A DNA stretch of 64,000 bases. Source: Auanema rhodensis (lineage: Eukaryota; Animalia; Nematoda). Of the stretch, positions 28,801 to 44,909 are shown in pieces; the stretch's first letter is position 1, and the number at the start of each line of letters is the position of its first letter. The notes beneath the pieces were generated by a model. That model saw only the letters and a program-made list of their open reading frames with translations. It made no database searches and was not told the origin of the DNA. The stretch spans positions 21,452,001 through 21,516,000 of the forward strand of contig OZ059898.1 in the NCBI GenBank assembly GCA_964057225.1. Reading direction: 5' to 3'. The position numbers and the translations under genes were made by a program.

Positions 28801-30070
28801 AATTAAAGTTCACGTAAATTTCAAAGTACCATGCACCAATATCAATAAAAATTTGTTTTTAGACTAATATGGACATGGGGAATCTAATTTTGAAAACCGC
28901 ATCTCTTTATCTTTCACGTGAAGCGAGTTACATACCAAGTGCACATCACGTGTACATTTAATTAGCATAAATTAAAGTTCACGTAAATTTCAAAGTCATG
29001 GTTACCATGAACCAATATCAATAAAAATTTGTTTTTAGACTAATATGGACATGGGGAATCTAATTTTGAAAACCGCATCTCTTTATCTTTCACGTGAAGC
29101 GAGTTACATACCAAGTGCACATCACGTGTACATTTAATTAGCATAAATTAAAGTTCACGTAAATTTCAAAGTCATGGTTACCATGAACCAATATCAATAA
29201 AAATTTGTTTTTAGACTAATATGGACATGGGGAATCTAATTTTGAAAACGGCATCTCTTTATCTTTCACGTGAAGCGAGTTACATACCAAGTGCACATCA
29301 CGTGTACATTTAATTAGCATAAATTAAAGTTCACGTAAATTTCAAAGTCATGGTGACCATGAACCAATATCAATAAAAATTTGTTTTTAGACTAATATGG
29401 ACATGGGGAATCTTATTTTGAAAACCGTATCTCTTTATCTTTCACGTGAAGCGAGTTACATACCAAGTGCACATCACGTGTACATTTAATTAGCATAAAT
29501 TAAAGTTCACGTAAATTTCAAAGTCATGGTTACCATGAACCAATATCAATAAAAATTTGTATTTAGACTAATATGGACATGGGGGATCTAATTTTGAAAA
29601 CCGCATCTCTTTATCTTTCACGTGAAGCGAGTTACATACCAAGTGCACATCACGTGTACATTTAATTAGCATAAATTAAAGTTCACGTAAATTTCAAAGT
29701 CATGGTTACCATGAACCAATATCAATAAAAATTTGTTTTTAGACTAATATGGACATGGGGAATCTAATTTTGAAAACCGCATCTCTTTATCATTCACGTG
29801 AAGCGAGTTACATACCAAGTGCACATCACGTGTACATTTAATTAGCATAAATTAAAGTTCACGTAAATTTCAAAGTCATGGTTACCATGAACCAATATCA
29901 ATAAAAATTTGTTTTTAGACTAATATGGACATGGGGAATCTAATTTTGAAAACGGCATCTCTTTATCTTTCACGTGAAGCGAGTTACATACCAAGTGCAC
30001 ATCACGTGTACATTTAATTAGCATAAATTAAAGTTCACGTAAATTTCAAAGTCATGGTGACCATGAACCA
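22850..30070. repeat. 23-monomer block duplication; boundaries approximate
   Basis: The AAGGCATG variant at 23202/27243 and ATTCGTT at 22884/26925 are offset by 4041 (23x176-7). AAACGG at 25216/29250 is offset by 4034 (23x176-14). Confidence 0.82.
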
Positions 30071-33000
30071 ATATCAATAAAAATTTGTTTTTAGACTAAT
30101 ATGGACATGGGGGATCTAATTTTGAAAACCGCATCTCTTTATCTTTCACGTGAAGCGAGTTACATACCAAGTGCACATCACGTGTACATTTAATTAGCAT
30201 AAATTAAAGTTCACGTAAATTTCAAAGTCATGGTTACCATGAACCAATATCAATAAAAATTTGTTTTTAGACTAATATGGACATGGGGAATCTAATTTTG
30301 AAAACCGCATCTCTTTATCTTTCACGTGAAGCGAGTTACATACCAAGTGCACATCACGTGTACATTTAATTAGCATAAATTAAAGTTCACGTAAATTTCA
30401 AAGTCATGGTGACCATGAACCAATATCAATAAAAATTTGTTTTTAGACTAATATGGACATGGGGAATCTAATTTTGAAAACCGCATCTCTTTATCTTTCA
30501 CGTGAAGCGAGTTACATACCAAGTGCACATCACGTGTACATTTAATTAGCATAAATTAAAGTTCACGTAAATTTCAAAGTCATGGTTACCATGAACCAAT
30601 ATCAATAAAAATTTGTATTTAGACTAATATGGACATGAGGAATCTAATTTTGAAAACCGCATCTCTTTATCTTTCACGTGAAGCGAGTTACATACCAAGT
30701 GCACATCACGTGTACATTTAATTAGCATAAATTAAAGTTCACGTAAATTTCAAAGTCATGGTTACCATGAACCAATATCAATAAAAATTTGTATTTAGAC
30801 TAATATGGACATGAGGAATCTAATTTTGAAAACCGCATCTCTTTATCTTTCACGTGAAGCGAGTTACATACCAAGTGCACATCCCGTGTACATTTAATTA
30901 GCATAAATTAAAGTTCACGTAAATTTCAAAGTACCATGCACCAATATCAATAAAAATTTGTTTTTAGACTAATATGGACATGAGGAATCTAATTTTGAAA
31001 ACCGCATCTCTTTATCTTTCACGTGAAGCGAGTTACATACCAAGTGCACATCACGTGTACATTTAATTAGCATAAATTAAAGTTCACGTAAATTTCAAAG
31101 TCATGGTTACCATGAACCAATATCAATAAAAATTTGTATTTAGACTAATATGGACATGAGGAATCTAATTTTGAAAACCGCATCTCTTTATCTTTCACGT
31201 GAAGCGAGTTACATACCAAGTGCACATCACGTGTACATTTAATTAGCATAAATTAAAGTTCACGTAAATTTCAAAGTACCATGCACCAATATCAATAAAA
31301 ATTTGTTTTTAGACTAATATGGACATGGGGAATCTAATTTTGAAAACCGCATCTCTTTATCTTTCACGTGAAGCGAGTTACATACCAAGTGCACATCACG
31401 TGTACATTTAATTAGCATAAATTAAAGTTCACGTAAATTTCAAAGTCATGGTTACCATGAACCAATATCAATAAAAATTTGTTTTTAGACTAATATGGAC
31501 ATGGGGAATCTAATTTTGAAAACCGCATCTCTTTATCTTTCACGTGAAGCGAGTTACATACCAAGTGCACATCACGTGTACATTTAATTAGCATAAATTA
31601 AAGTTCACGTAAATTTCAAAGTCATGGTTACCATGAACCAATATCAATAAAAATTTGTTTTTAGACTAATATGGACATGGGGAATCTAATTTTGAAAACC
31701 GCATCTCTTTATCTTTCACGTGAAGCGAGTTACATACCAAGTGCACATCACGTGTACATTTAATTAGCATAAATTAAAGTTCACGTAAATTTCAAAGTCA
31801 TGGTTACCATGAACCAATATCAATAAAAATTTGTTTTTAGACTAATATGGACATGGGGAATCTAATTTTGAAAACGGCATCTCTTTATCTTTCACGTGAA
31901 GCGAGTTACATACCAAGTGCACATCACGTGTACATTTAATTAGCATAAATTAAAGTTCACGTAAATTTCAAAGTCATGGTGACCATGAACCAATATCAAT
32001 AAAAATTTGTTTTTAGACTAATATGGACATGGGGAATCTTATTTTGAAAACCGTATCTCTTTATCTTTCACGTGAAGCGAGTTACATACCAAGTGCACAT
32101 CACGTGTACATTTAATTAGCATAAATTAAAGTTCACGTAAATTTCAAAGTCATGGTTACCATGAACCAATATCAATAAAAATTTGTATTTAGACTAATAT
32201 GGACATGGGGGATCTAATTTTGAAAACCGCATCTCTTTATCTTTCACGTGAAGCGAGTTACATACCAAGTGCACATCACGTGTACATTTAATTAGCATAA
32301 ATTAAAGTTCACGTAAATTTCAAAGTCATGGTTACCATGAACCAATATCAATAAAAATTTGTTTTTAGACTAATATGGACATGGGGAATCTAATTTTGAA
32401 AACCGCATCTCTTTATCATTCACGTGAAGCGAGTTACATACCAAGTGCACATCACGTGTACATTTAATTAGCATAAATTAAAGTTCACGTAAATTTCAAA
32501 GTCATGGTTACCATGAACCAATATCAATAAAAATTTGTTTTTAGACTAATATGGACATGGGGAATCTAATTTTGAAAACGGCATCTCTTTATCTTTCACG
32601 TGAAGCGAGTTACATACCAAGTGCACATCACGTGTACATTTAATTAGCATAAATTAAAGTTCACGTAAATTTCAAAGTCATGGTTACCATGAACCAATAT
32701 CAATAAAAATTTGTATTTAGACTAATATGGACATGAGGAATCTAATTTTGAAAACCGCATCTCTTTATCTTTCACGTGAAGCGAGTTACATACCAAGTGC
32801 ACATCACGTGTACATTTAATTAGCATAAATTAAAGTTCACGTAAATTTCAAAGTCATGGTTACCATGAACCAATATCAATAAAAATTTGTATTTAGACTA
32901 ATATGGACATGGGGAATCTAATTTTGAAAACCGCATCTCTTTATCTTTCACGTGAAGCGAGTTACATACCAAGTGCACATCACGTGTACATTTAATTAGC

Positions 33001-36000
33001 ATAAATTAAAGTTCACGTAAATTTCAAAGTACCATGCACCAATATCAATAAAAATTTGTTTTTAAACTAATATGGACATGGGGAATCTAATTTTGAAAAC
33101 CGCATCTCTTTATCTTTCACGTGAAGCGAGTTACATACCAAGTGCACATCACGTGTACATTTAATTAGCATAAATTAAAGTTCACGTAAATTTCAAAGTC
33201 ATGGTTACCATGAACCAATATCAATAAAAATTTGTATTTAGACTAATATGGACATGAGGAATCTAATTTTGAAAACCGCATCTCTTTATCTTTCACGTGA
33301 AGCGAGTTACATACCAAGTGCACATCACGTGTACATTTAATTAGCATAAATTAAAGTTCACGTAAATTTCAAAGTCATGGTTACCATGAACCAATATCAA
33401 TAAAAATTTGTATTTAGACTAATATGGACATGAGGAATCTAATTTTGAAAACCGCATCTCTTTATCTTTCACGTGAAGCGAGTTACATACCAAGTGCACA
33501 TCCCGTGTACATTTAATTAGCATAAATTAAAGTTCACGTAAATTTCAAAGTCATGGTTACCATGAACCAATATCAATAAAAATTTGTTTTTAGACTAATA
33601 TGGACATGGGGAATCTAATTTTGAAAACCGCATCTCTTTATCTTTCACGTGAAGCGAGTTACATACCAAGTGCACATCACGTGTACATTTAATTAGCATA
33701 AATTAAAGTTCACGTAAATTTCAAAGTCATGGTTACCATGAACCAATATCAATAAAAATTTGTATTTAGACTAATATGGACATGAGGAATCTAATTTTGA
33801 AAACCGCATCTCTTTATCTTTCACGTGAAGCGAGTTACATACCAAGTGCACATCACGTGTACATTTAATTAGCATAAATTAAAGTTCACGTAAATTTCAA
33901 AGTCATGGTTACCATGAACCAATATCAATAAAATTTTGTTTTTAGACTAATATGGACATGGGGAATCTAATTTTGAAAACCGCATCTCTTTATCTTTCAC
34001 GTGAAGCGAGTTACATACCAAGTGCACATCACGTGTACATTTAATTAGCATAAATTAAAGTTCACGTAAATTTCAAAGTACCATGCACCAATATCAATAA
34101 AAATTTGTTTTTAAACTAATATGGACATGGGGAATCTAATTTTGAAAACCGCATCTCTTTATCTTTCACGTGAAGCGAGTTACATACCAAGTGCACATCA
34201 CGTGTACATTTAATTAGCATAAATTAAAGTTCACGTAAATTTCAAAGTCATGGTTACCATGAACCAATATCAATAAAAATTTGTTTTTAGACTAATATGG
34301 ACATGGGGAATCTAATTTTGAAAACCGCATCTCTTTATCTTTCACGTGAAGCGAGTTACATACCAAGTGCACATCACGTGTACATTTAATTAGCATAAAT
34401 TAAAGTTCACGTAAATTTCAAAGTCATGGTTACCATGAACCAATATCAATAAAAATTTGTTTTTAGACTAATATGGACATGGGGAATCTAATTTTGAAAA
34501 CGGCATCTCTTTATCTTTCACGTGAAGCGAGTTACATACCAAGTGCACATCACGTGTACATTTAATTAGCATAAATTAAAGTTCACGTAAATTTCAAAGT
34601 CATGGTGACCATGAACCAATATCAATAAAAATTTGTTTTTAGACTAATATGGACATGGGGAATCTTATTTTGAAAACCGTATCTCTTTATCTTTCACGTG
34701 AAGCGAGTTACATACCAAGTGCACATCACGTGTACATTTAATTAGCATAAATTAAAGTTCACGTAAATTTCAAAGTCATGGTTACCATGAACCAATATCA
34801 ATAAAAATTTGTATTTAGACTAATATGGACATGGGGGATCTAATTTTGAAAACCGCATCTCTTTATCTTTCACGTGAAGCGAGTTACATACCAAGTGCAC
34901 ATCACGTGTACATTTAATTAGCATAAATTAAAGTTCACGTAAATTTCAAAGTCATAGTTACCATGAACCAATATCAATAAAAATTTGTTTTTAGACTAAT
35001 ATGGACATGGGGAATCTAATTTTGAAAACCGCATCTCTTTATCATTCACGTGAAGCGAGTTACATACCAAGTGCACATCACGTGTACATTTAATTAGCAT
35101 AAATTAAAGTTCACGTAAATTTCAAAGTCATGGTTACCATGAACCAATATCAATAAAAATTTGTTTTTAGACTAATATGGACATGGGGAATCTAATTTTG
35201 AAAACGGCATCTCTTTATCTTTCACGTGAAGCGAGTTACATACCAAGTGCACATCACGTGTACATTTAATTAGCATAAATTAAAGTTCACGTAAATTTCA
35301 AAGTCATGGTGACCATGAACCAATATCAATAAAAATTTGTTTTTAGACTAATATGGACATGGGGAATCTAATTTTGAAAACCGCATCTCTTTATCTTTCA
35401 CGTGAAGCGAGTTACATACCAAGTGCACATCACGTGTACATTTAATTAGCATAAATTAAAGTTCACGTAAATTTCAAAGTCATGGTTACCATGAACCAAT
35501 ATCAATAAAAATTTGTTTTTAGACTAATATGGACATGGGGAATCTAATTTTGAAAACCGCATCTCTTTATCATTCACGTGAAGCGAGTTACATACCAAGT
35601 GCACATCACGTGTACATTTAATTAGCATAAATTAAAGTTCACGTAAATTTCAAAGTCATGGTTACCATGAACCAATATCAATAAAAATTTGTTTTTAGAC
35701 TAATATGGACATGGGGAATCTAATTTTGAAAACGGCATCTCTTTATCTTTCACGTGAAGCGAGTTACATACCAAGTGCACATCACGTGTACATTTAATTA
35801 GCATAAATTAAAGTTCACGTAAATTTCAAAGTCATGGTGACCATGAACCAATATCAATAAAAATTTGTTTTTAGACTAATATGGACATGGGGAATCTAAT
35901 TTTGAAAACCGCATCTCTTTATCTTTCACGTGAAGCGAGTTACATACCAAGTGCACATCACGTGTACATTTAATTAGCATAAATTAAAGTTCACGTAAAT

Positions 36001-39000
36001 TTCAAAGTCATGGTTACCATGAACCAATATCAATAAAAATTTGTATTTAGACTAATATGGACATGAGGAATCTAATTTTGAAAACCGCATCTCTTTATCT
36101 TTCACGTGAAGCGAGTTACATACCAAGTGCACATCACGTGTACATTTAATTAGCATAAATTAAAGTTCACGTAAATTTCAAAGTCATGGTTACCATGAAC
36201 CAATATCAATAAAAATTTGTTTTTAGACTAATATGGACATGGGGAATCTAATTTTGAAAACCGCATCTCTTTATCATTCACGTGAAGCGAGTTACATACC
36301 AAGTGCACATCACGTGTACATTTAATTAGCATAAATTAAAGTTCACGTAAATTTCAAAGTCATGGTTACCATGAACCAATATCAATAAAAATTTGTTTTT
36401 AGACTAATATGGACATGGGGAATCTAATTTTGAAAACGGCATCTCTTTATCTTTCACGTGAAGCGAGTTACATACCAAGTGCACATCACGTGTACATTTA
36501 ATTAGCATAAATTAAAGTTCACGTAAATTTCAAAGTCATGGTGACCATGAACCAATATCAATAAAAATTTGTTTTTAGACTAATATGGACATGGGGAATC
36601 TAATTTTGAAAACCGCATTTCTTTATCTTTCACGTGAAGCGAGTTACATACCAAGTGCACATCACGTGTACATTTAATTAGCATAAATTAAAGTTCACGT
36701 AAATTTCAAAGTCATGGTGACCATGAACCAATATCAATAAAAATTTGTTTTTAGACTAATATGGACATGGGGAATCTAATTTTGAAAACCGCATCTCTTT
36801 ATCTTTCACGTGAAGCGAGTTACATACCAAGTGCACATCACGTGTACATTTAATTAGCATAAATTAAAGTTCACGTAAATTTCAAAGTCATGGTTACCAT
36901 GAACCAATATCAATAAAAATTTGTATTTAGACTAATATGGACATGAGGAATCTAATTTTGAAAACCGCATCTCTTTATCTTTCACGTGAAGCGAGTTACA
37001 TACCAAGTGCACATCCCGTGTACATTTAATTAGCATAAATTAAAGTTCACGTAAATTTCAAAGTCATGGTTACCATGAACCAATATCAATAAAAATTTGT
37101 TTTTAGACTAATATGGACATGGGGAATCTAATTTTGAAAACCGCATCTCTTTATCTTTCACGTGAAGCGAGTTACATACCAAGTGCACATCACGTGTACA
37201 TTTAATTAGCATAAATTAAAGTTCACGTAAATTTCAAAGTCATGGTTACCATGAACCAATATCAATAAAAATTTGTATTTAGACTAATATGGACATGAGG
37301 AATCTAATTTTGAAAACCGCATCTCTTTATCTTTCACGTGAAGCGAGTTACATACCAAGTGCACATCACGTGTACATTTAATTAGCATAAATTAAAGTTC
37401 ACGTAAATTTCAAAGTCATGGTTACCATGAACCAATATCAATAAAAATTTGTATTTAGACTAATATGGACATGAGGAATCTAATTTTGAAAACCGCATCT
37501 CTTTATCTTTCACGTGAAGCGAGTTACATACCAAGTGCACATCACGTGTACATTTAATTAGCATAAATTAAAGTTCACGTAAATTTCAAAGTCATGGTTA
37601 CCATGAACCAATATCAATAAAAATTTGTATTTAGACTAATATGGACATGAGGAATCTAATTTTGAAAACCGCATCTCTTTATCTTTCACGTGAAGCGAGT
37701 TACATACCAAGTGCACATCACGTGTACATTTAATTAGCATAAATTAAAGTTCACGTAAATTTCAAAGTCATGGTTACCATGAACCAATATCAATAAAAAT
37801 TTGTATTTAGACTAATATGGACATGAGGAATCTAATTTTGAAAACCGCATCTCTTTATCTTTCACGTGAAGCGAGTTACATACCAAGTGCACATCCCGTG
37901 TACATTTAATTAGCATAAATTAAAGTTCACGTAAATTTCAAAGTCATGGTTACCATGAACCAATATCAATAAAAATTTGTTTTTAGACTAATATGGACAT
38001 GGGGAATCTAATTTTGAAAACCGCATCTCTTTATCTTTCACGTGAAGCGAGTTACATACCAAGTGCACATCACGTGTACATTTAATTAGCATAAATTAAA
38101 GTTCACGTAAATTTCAAAGTCATGGTTACCATGAACCAATATCAATAAAAATTTGTATTTAGACTAATATGGACATGAGGAATCTAATTTTGAAAACCGC
38201 ATCTCTTTATCTTTCACGTGAAGCGAGTTACATACCAAGTGCACATCACGTGTACATTTAATTAGCATAAATTAAAGTTCACGTAAATTTCAAAGTCATG
38301 GTTACCATGAACCAATATCAATAAAAATTTGTTTTTAGACTAATATGGACATGGGGAATCTAATTTTGAAAACCGCATCTCTTTATCTTTCACGTGAAGC
38401 GAGTTACATACCAAGTGCTCATCACGTGTACATTTAATTAGCATAAATTAAAGTTCACGTAAATTTCAAAGTCATGGTTACCATGCACCAATATCAATAA
38501 AAATTTGTTTTTAGACTAATATGGACATGAGGAATCTAATTTTGAAAACCGCATCTCTTTATCTTTCACGTGAAGCGAGTTACATACCAAGTGCACATCC
38601 CGTGTACATTTAATTAGCATAAATTAAAGTTCACGTAAATTTCAAAGTCATGGTTACCATGAACCAATATCAATAAAAATTTGTATTTAGACTAATATGG
38701 ACATGAGGAATCTAATTTTGAAAACCGCATCTCTTTATCTTTCACGTGAAGCGAGTTACATACCAAGTGCACATCACGTGTACATTTAATTAGCATAAAT
38801 TAAAGTTCACGTAAATTTCAAAGTCATGGTTACCATGAACCAATATCAATAAAAATTTGTTTTTAGACTAATATGGACATGGGGAATCTAATTTTGAAAA
38901 CCGCATCTCTTTATCTTTCACGTGAAGCGAGTTACATACCAAGTGCACATCACGTGTACATTTAATTAGCATAAATTAAAGTTCACGTAAATTTCAAAGT

Positions 39001-40949
39001 CATGGTTACCATGAACCAATATCAATAAAAATTTGTTTTTTGACTAATATGGACATGGGGAATCTAATTTTGAAAACCGCATCTCTTTATCTTTCACGTG
39101 AAGCGAGTTACATACCAAGTGCACATCACGTGTACATTTAATTAGCATAAATTAAAGTTCACGTAAATTTCAAAGTCATGGTTACCATGCAGCAATATCA
39201 ATAAAAATTTGTTTTTAGACTAATATGGACATGAGGAATCTAATTTGGAAAACCGCATCTCTTTATCTTCCACGTGAAGCGAGTTACATACCAAGTGCAC
39301 ATCACGTGTACATTTAATTAGCATAAATTAAAGTTCACGTAAATTTCAAAGTCATGGTTACCATGAACCAATATCAATAAAAATTTGATTTTAGACTAAT
39401 ATGGACATGGGGAATCTAATTTTGAAAACCGCATCTCTTTATCTTTCACGTGAAGCGAGTTACATACCAAGTGCACATCACGTGTACATTTAATTAGCAT
39501 AAATTAAAGTTCACGTAAATTTCAAAGTCATGGTTACCATGCACCAATATCAATAAAAATTTGTTTTTAGACTAATATGGACATGGGGAATCTAATTTTG
39601 GAAACCGCATCTCTTTATCTTTCACGTGAAGCGAGTTACATACCAAGTGCACATCACGTGTACATTTAATTAGCATAAATTAAAGTTCACGTAAATTTCA
39701 AAGTCATGGTTACCATGAACCAATATCAATAAAAATTTGTTTTTAGACTAATATGGACATGGGGAATCTAATTTTGAAAACCGCATCTCTTTATCTTTCA
39801 CGTGAAGCGAGTTACATACCAAGTGCACATCACGTGTACATTTAATTAGCATAAATTAAAGTTCACGTAAATTTCAAAGTCATGGTTACCATGAACCAAT
39901 ATCAATAAAAATTTGTTTTTAGACTAATATGGACATGGGGAATCTAATTTTGAAAACCGCATCTCTTTATCTTTCACGTGAAGCGAGTTACATACCAAGT
40001 GCACATCACGTGTACATTTAATTAGCATAAATTAAAGTTCACGTAAATTTCAAAGTCATGGTTACCATGAACCAATATCAATAAAAATTTGTTTTTAGAC
40101 TAATATGGACATGAGGAATCTAATTTGGAAAACCGCATCTCTTTATCTTCCACGTGAAGCGAGTTACATACCAAGTGCACATCACGTGTACATTTAATTA
40201 GCATAAATTAAAGTTCACGTAAATTTCAAAGTCATGGTTACCATGAACCAATATCAATAAAAATTTGTTTTTAGACTAATATGGACATGGGGAATCTAAT
40301 TTTGGAAACCGCATCTCTTTATCTTTCACGTGAAGCGAGTTACATACCAAGTGCACATCACGTGTACATTTAATTAGCATAAATTAAAGTTCACGTAAAT
40401 TTCAAAGTCATATTTACCATGCACCAATATCAATAAAAATTTGTTTTTAGACTAATATGGACATGGGGAATCTAATTTTGAAAACCGCATCTCTTTATCT
40501 TTCACGTGAAGCGAGTTACATACCAAGTGCACATCACGTGTACATTTAATTAGCATAAATTAAAGTTCACGTAAATTTCAAAGTCATGGTTACCATGCAC
40601 CAATATCAATAAAAATTTGTTTTTAGACTAATATGGACATGAGGAATCTAATTTTGAAAACCGCATCTCTTTATCTTCCACGTGAAGCGAGTTACATACC
40701 AAGTGCACATCACGTGTACATTTAATTAGCATAAATTAAAGTTCACGTAAATTTCAAAGTCATGGTTACCATGAACCAATATCAATAAAAATTTGATTTT
40801 AGACTAATATGGACATGGGGAATCTAATTTTGAAAACCGCATCTCTTTATCTTTCACGTGAAGCGAGTTACATACCAAGTGCACATCACGTGTACATTTA
40901 ATTAGCATAAATTAAAGTTCACGTAAATTTCAAAGTCATGGTTACCATG

Positions 40950-43900
40950 CACCAATATCAATAAAAATTTGTTTTTAGACTAATATGGACATGGGGAATC
41001 TAATTTTGGAAACCGCATCTCTTTATCTTTCACGTGAAGCGAGTTACATACCAAGTGCACATCACGTGTACATTTAATTAGCATAAATTAAAGTTCACGT
41101 AAATTTCAAAGTCATATTTACCATGCACCAATATCAATGAAAATTTGTTTTTAGACTAATATGGACATGGGGAATCTAATTTTGAAAACCGCATCTCTTT
41201 ATCTTTCACGTGAAGCGAGTTACATACCAAGTGCACATCACGTGTACATTTAATTAGCATAAATTAAAGTTCACGTAAATTTCAAAGTCATGGTTACCAT
41301 GAACCAATATCAATAAAAATTTGTATTTAGACTAATATGGACATGAGGAATCTAATTTTGAAAACCGCATCTCTTTATCTTTCACGTGAAGCGAGTTACA
41401 TACCAAGTGCACATCACGTGTACATTTAATTAGCATAAATTAAAGTTCACGTAAATTTCAAAGTCATGGTTACCATGAACCAATATCAATAAAAATTTGT
41501 TTTTAGACTAATATGGACATGGGGAATCTAATTTTGAAAACCGCATCTCTTTATCTTTCACGTGAAGCGAGTTACATACCAAGTGCACATCACGTGTACA
41601 TTTAATTAGCATAAATTAAAGTTCACGTAAATTTCAAAGTCATATTTACCATGCACCAATATCAATAAAAATTTGTTTTTAGACTAATATGGACATGAGT
41701 AATCTAATTTTGAAAACCGCATCTTTTTATCTTTCACGTGAAGCGAGTTACATACCAAGTGCACATCACGTGTACATTTAATTAGCATAAATTAAAGTTC
41801 ACGTAAATTTCAAAGTCATGGTTACCATGCACCAATATCAATAAAAATTTGTTTTTAGACTAATATGAACATGGGGAATCTAATTTTGAAAACCGCATCT
41901 CTTTATCTTTCACGTGAAGCGAGTTACATACCAAGTGCACATCACGTGTACATTTAATTAGCATAAATTAAAGTTCACGTAAATTTCAAAGTACCATGCA
42001 CCAATATCAATAAAAATTTGTTTTTAGACTAATATGGACATGGGGAATCTAATTTTGAAAACCGCATCTCTTTATCTTTTACGTGAAGCGAGTTACATAC
42101 CAAGTGCACATCACGTGTACATTTAATTAGCATAAATTAAAGTTCACGTAAATTTCAAAGTCATGGTTACCATGAACCAATATCAATAAAAATTTGTTTT
42201 TAGACTAATATGGACATGGGGAATCTAATTTTGAAAACCGCATCTCTTTATCTTTCACGTGAAGCGAGTTACATACCAAGTGCACATCACGTGTACATTT
42301 AATTAGCATAAATTAAAGTTCACGTAAATTTCAAAGTCATGGTTACCATGCACCAATATCAATAAAAATTTGTTTTTAGACTAATATGAACATGGGGAAT
42401 CTAATTTTGAAAACCGCATCTCTTTATCTTTCACGTGAAGCGAGTTACATACCAAGTGCACATCACGTGTACATTTAATTAGCATAAATTAAAGTTCACG
42501 TAAATTTCAAAGTACCATGCACCAATATCAATAAAAATTTGTTTTTAGACTAATATGGACATGGGGAATCTAATTTTGAAAACCGCATCTCTTTATCTTT
42601 CACGTGAAGCGAGTTACATACCAAGTGCACATCACGTGTACATTTAATTAGCATAAATTAAAGTTCACGTAAATTTCAAAGTCATGGTTACCATGCACCA
42701 ATATCAATAAAAATTTGTTTTTAGACTAATATGGACATGGGGAATCTAATTTTGGAAACCGCATCTCTTTATCTTTCACGTGAAGCGAGTTACATACCAA
42801 GTGCACATCACGTGTACATTTAATTAGCATAAATTAAAGTTCACGTAAATTTCAAAGTCATATTTACCATGCACCAATATCAATGAAAATTTGTTTTTAG
42901 ACTAATATGGACATGGGGAATCTAATTTTGAAAACCGCATCTCTTTATCTTTCACGTGAAGCGAGTTACATACCAAGTGCACATCACGTGTACATTTAAT
43001 TAGCATAAATTAAAGTTCACGTAAATTTCAAAGTCATGGTTACCATGAACCAATATCAATAAAAATTTGTATTTAGACTAATATGGACATGAGGAATCTA
43101 ATTTTGAAAACCGCATCTCTTTATCTTTCACGTGAAGCGAGTTACATACCAAGTGCACATCACGTGTACATTTAATTAGCATAAATTAAAGTTCACGTAA
43201 ATTTCAAAGTCATGGTTACCATGAACCAATATCAATAAAAATTTGTTTTTAGACTAATATGGACATGTGGAATCTAATTTTGAAAACCGCATCTCTTTAT
43301 CTTTCACGTGAAGCGAGTTACATACCAAGTGCACATCACGTGTACATTTAATTAGCATAAATTAAAGTTCACGTAAATTTCAAAGTCATATTTACCATGC
43401 ACCAATATCAATAAAAATTTGTTTTTAGACTAATATGGACATGAGTAATCTAATTTTGAAAACCGCATCTTTTTATCTTTCACGTGAAGCGAGTTACATA
43501 CCAAGTGCACATCACGTGTACATTTAATTAGCATAAATTAAAGTTCACGTAAATTTCAAAGTCATGGTTACCATGCACCAATATCAATAAAAATTTGTTT
43601 TTAGACTAATATGAACATGGGGAATCTAATTTTGAAAACCGCATCTCTTTATCTTTCACGTGAAGCGAGTTACATACCAAGTGCACATCACGTGTACATT
43701 TAATTAGCATAAATTAAAGTTCACGTAAATTTCAAAGTACCATGCACCAATATCAATAAAAATTTGTTTTTAGACTAATATGGACATGGGGAATCTAATT
43801 TTGAAAACCGCATCTCTTTATCTTTTACGTGAAGCGAGTTACATACCAAGTGCACATCACGTGTACATTTAATTAGCATAAATTAAAGTTCACGTAAATT

Positions 43901-44440
43901 TCAAAGTCATGGTTACCATGAACCAATATCAATAAAAATTTGTTTTTAGACTAATATGGACATGGGGAATCTAATTTTGAAAACCGCATCTCTTTATCTT
44001 TCACGTGAAGCGAGTTACATACCAAGTGCACATCACGTGTACATTTAATTAGCATAAATTAAAGTTCACGTAAATTTCAAAGTCATGGTTACCATGCACC
44101 AATATCAATAAAAATTTGTTTTTAGACTAATATGAACATGGGGAATCTAATTTTGAAAACCGCATCTCTTTATCTTTCACGTGAAGCGAGTTACATACCA
44201 AGTGCACATCACGTGTACATTTAATTAGCATAAATTAAAGTTCACGTAAATTTCAAAGTACCATGCACCAATATCAATAAAAATTTGTTTTTAGACTAAT
44301 ATGGACATGGGGAATCTAATTTCGAAAACCGCATCTCTTTATCTTTCACGTGAAGCGAGTTACATACCAAGTGCACATCACGTGTACATTTAATTAGCAT
44401 AAATTAAAGTTCACGTAAATTTCAAAGTCATGGTTACCAT
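40950..44440. repeat. 10-monomer (1746-bp) higher-order tandem duplication; boundaries approximate
   Basis: TTTTGGA 41008/42754, CAATGA 41135/42881 and the 7-bp deletions 41992/43738 and 42513/44259 are all offset by 1746 (10x176-14). Confidence 0.9.
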
Positions 44441-44909
44441 GAACCAATATCAATAAAAATTTGTTTTTAGACTAATATGGACATGGGGAATCTAATTTTG
44501 AAAACCGCATCTCTTTATCTTTCACGTGAAGCGAGTTACATACCAAGTGCACATCACGTGTACATTTAATTAGCATAAATTAAAGTTCACGTAAATTTCA
44601 AAGTCATGGTTACCATGAGCCAATATCAATAAAAATTTGTTTTTAGACTAATATGGACATGGGGAATCTAATTTTGAAAACGGCATCTCTTTATCTTTCA
44701 CGTGAAGCGAGTTACATACCAAGTGCACATCACGTGTACATTTAATTAGCATAAATTAAAGTTCACGTAAATTTCAAAGTCATGGTGACCATGAACCAAT
44801 ATCAATAAAAATTTGTTTTTAGACTAATATGGACATGGGGAATCTAATTTTGAAAACCGTATCTCTTTATCTTTCACGTGAAGCGAGTTACATACCAAGT
44901 GCACATCAC

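Larger units (their letters stand above)
1..44909. repeat. 176-bp tandem satellite array, left block (about 255 monomers, runs off the window start)
   Basis: The unit CAATATCAATAAAAATTTGTTTTTAGACTAATATGGACATGGGGAATCTAATTTTGAAAACCGCATCTCTTTATCTTTCACGTGAAGCGAGTTACATACCAAGTGCACATCACGTGTACATTTAATTAGCATAAATTAAAGTTCACGTAAATTTCAAAGTCATGGTTACCATGAAC restarts at 1, 177, 353 and so on. Copies are head-to-tail with no spacers and mostly 0-4 substitutions per copy. The consensus is 56/176 G+C. Confidence 0.99.
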
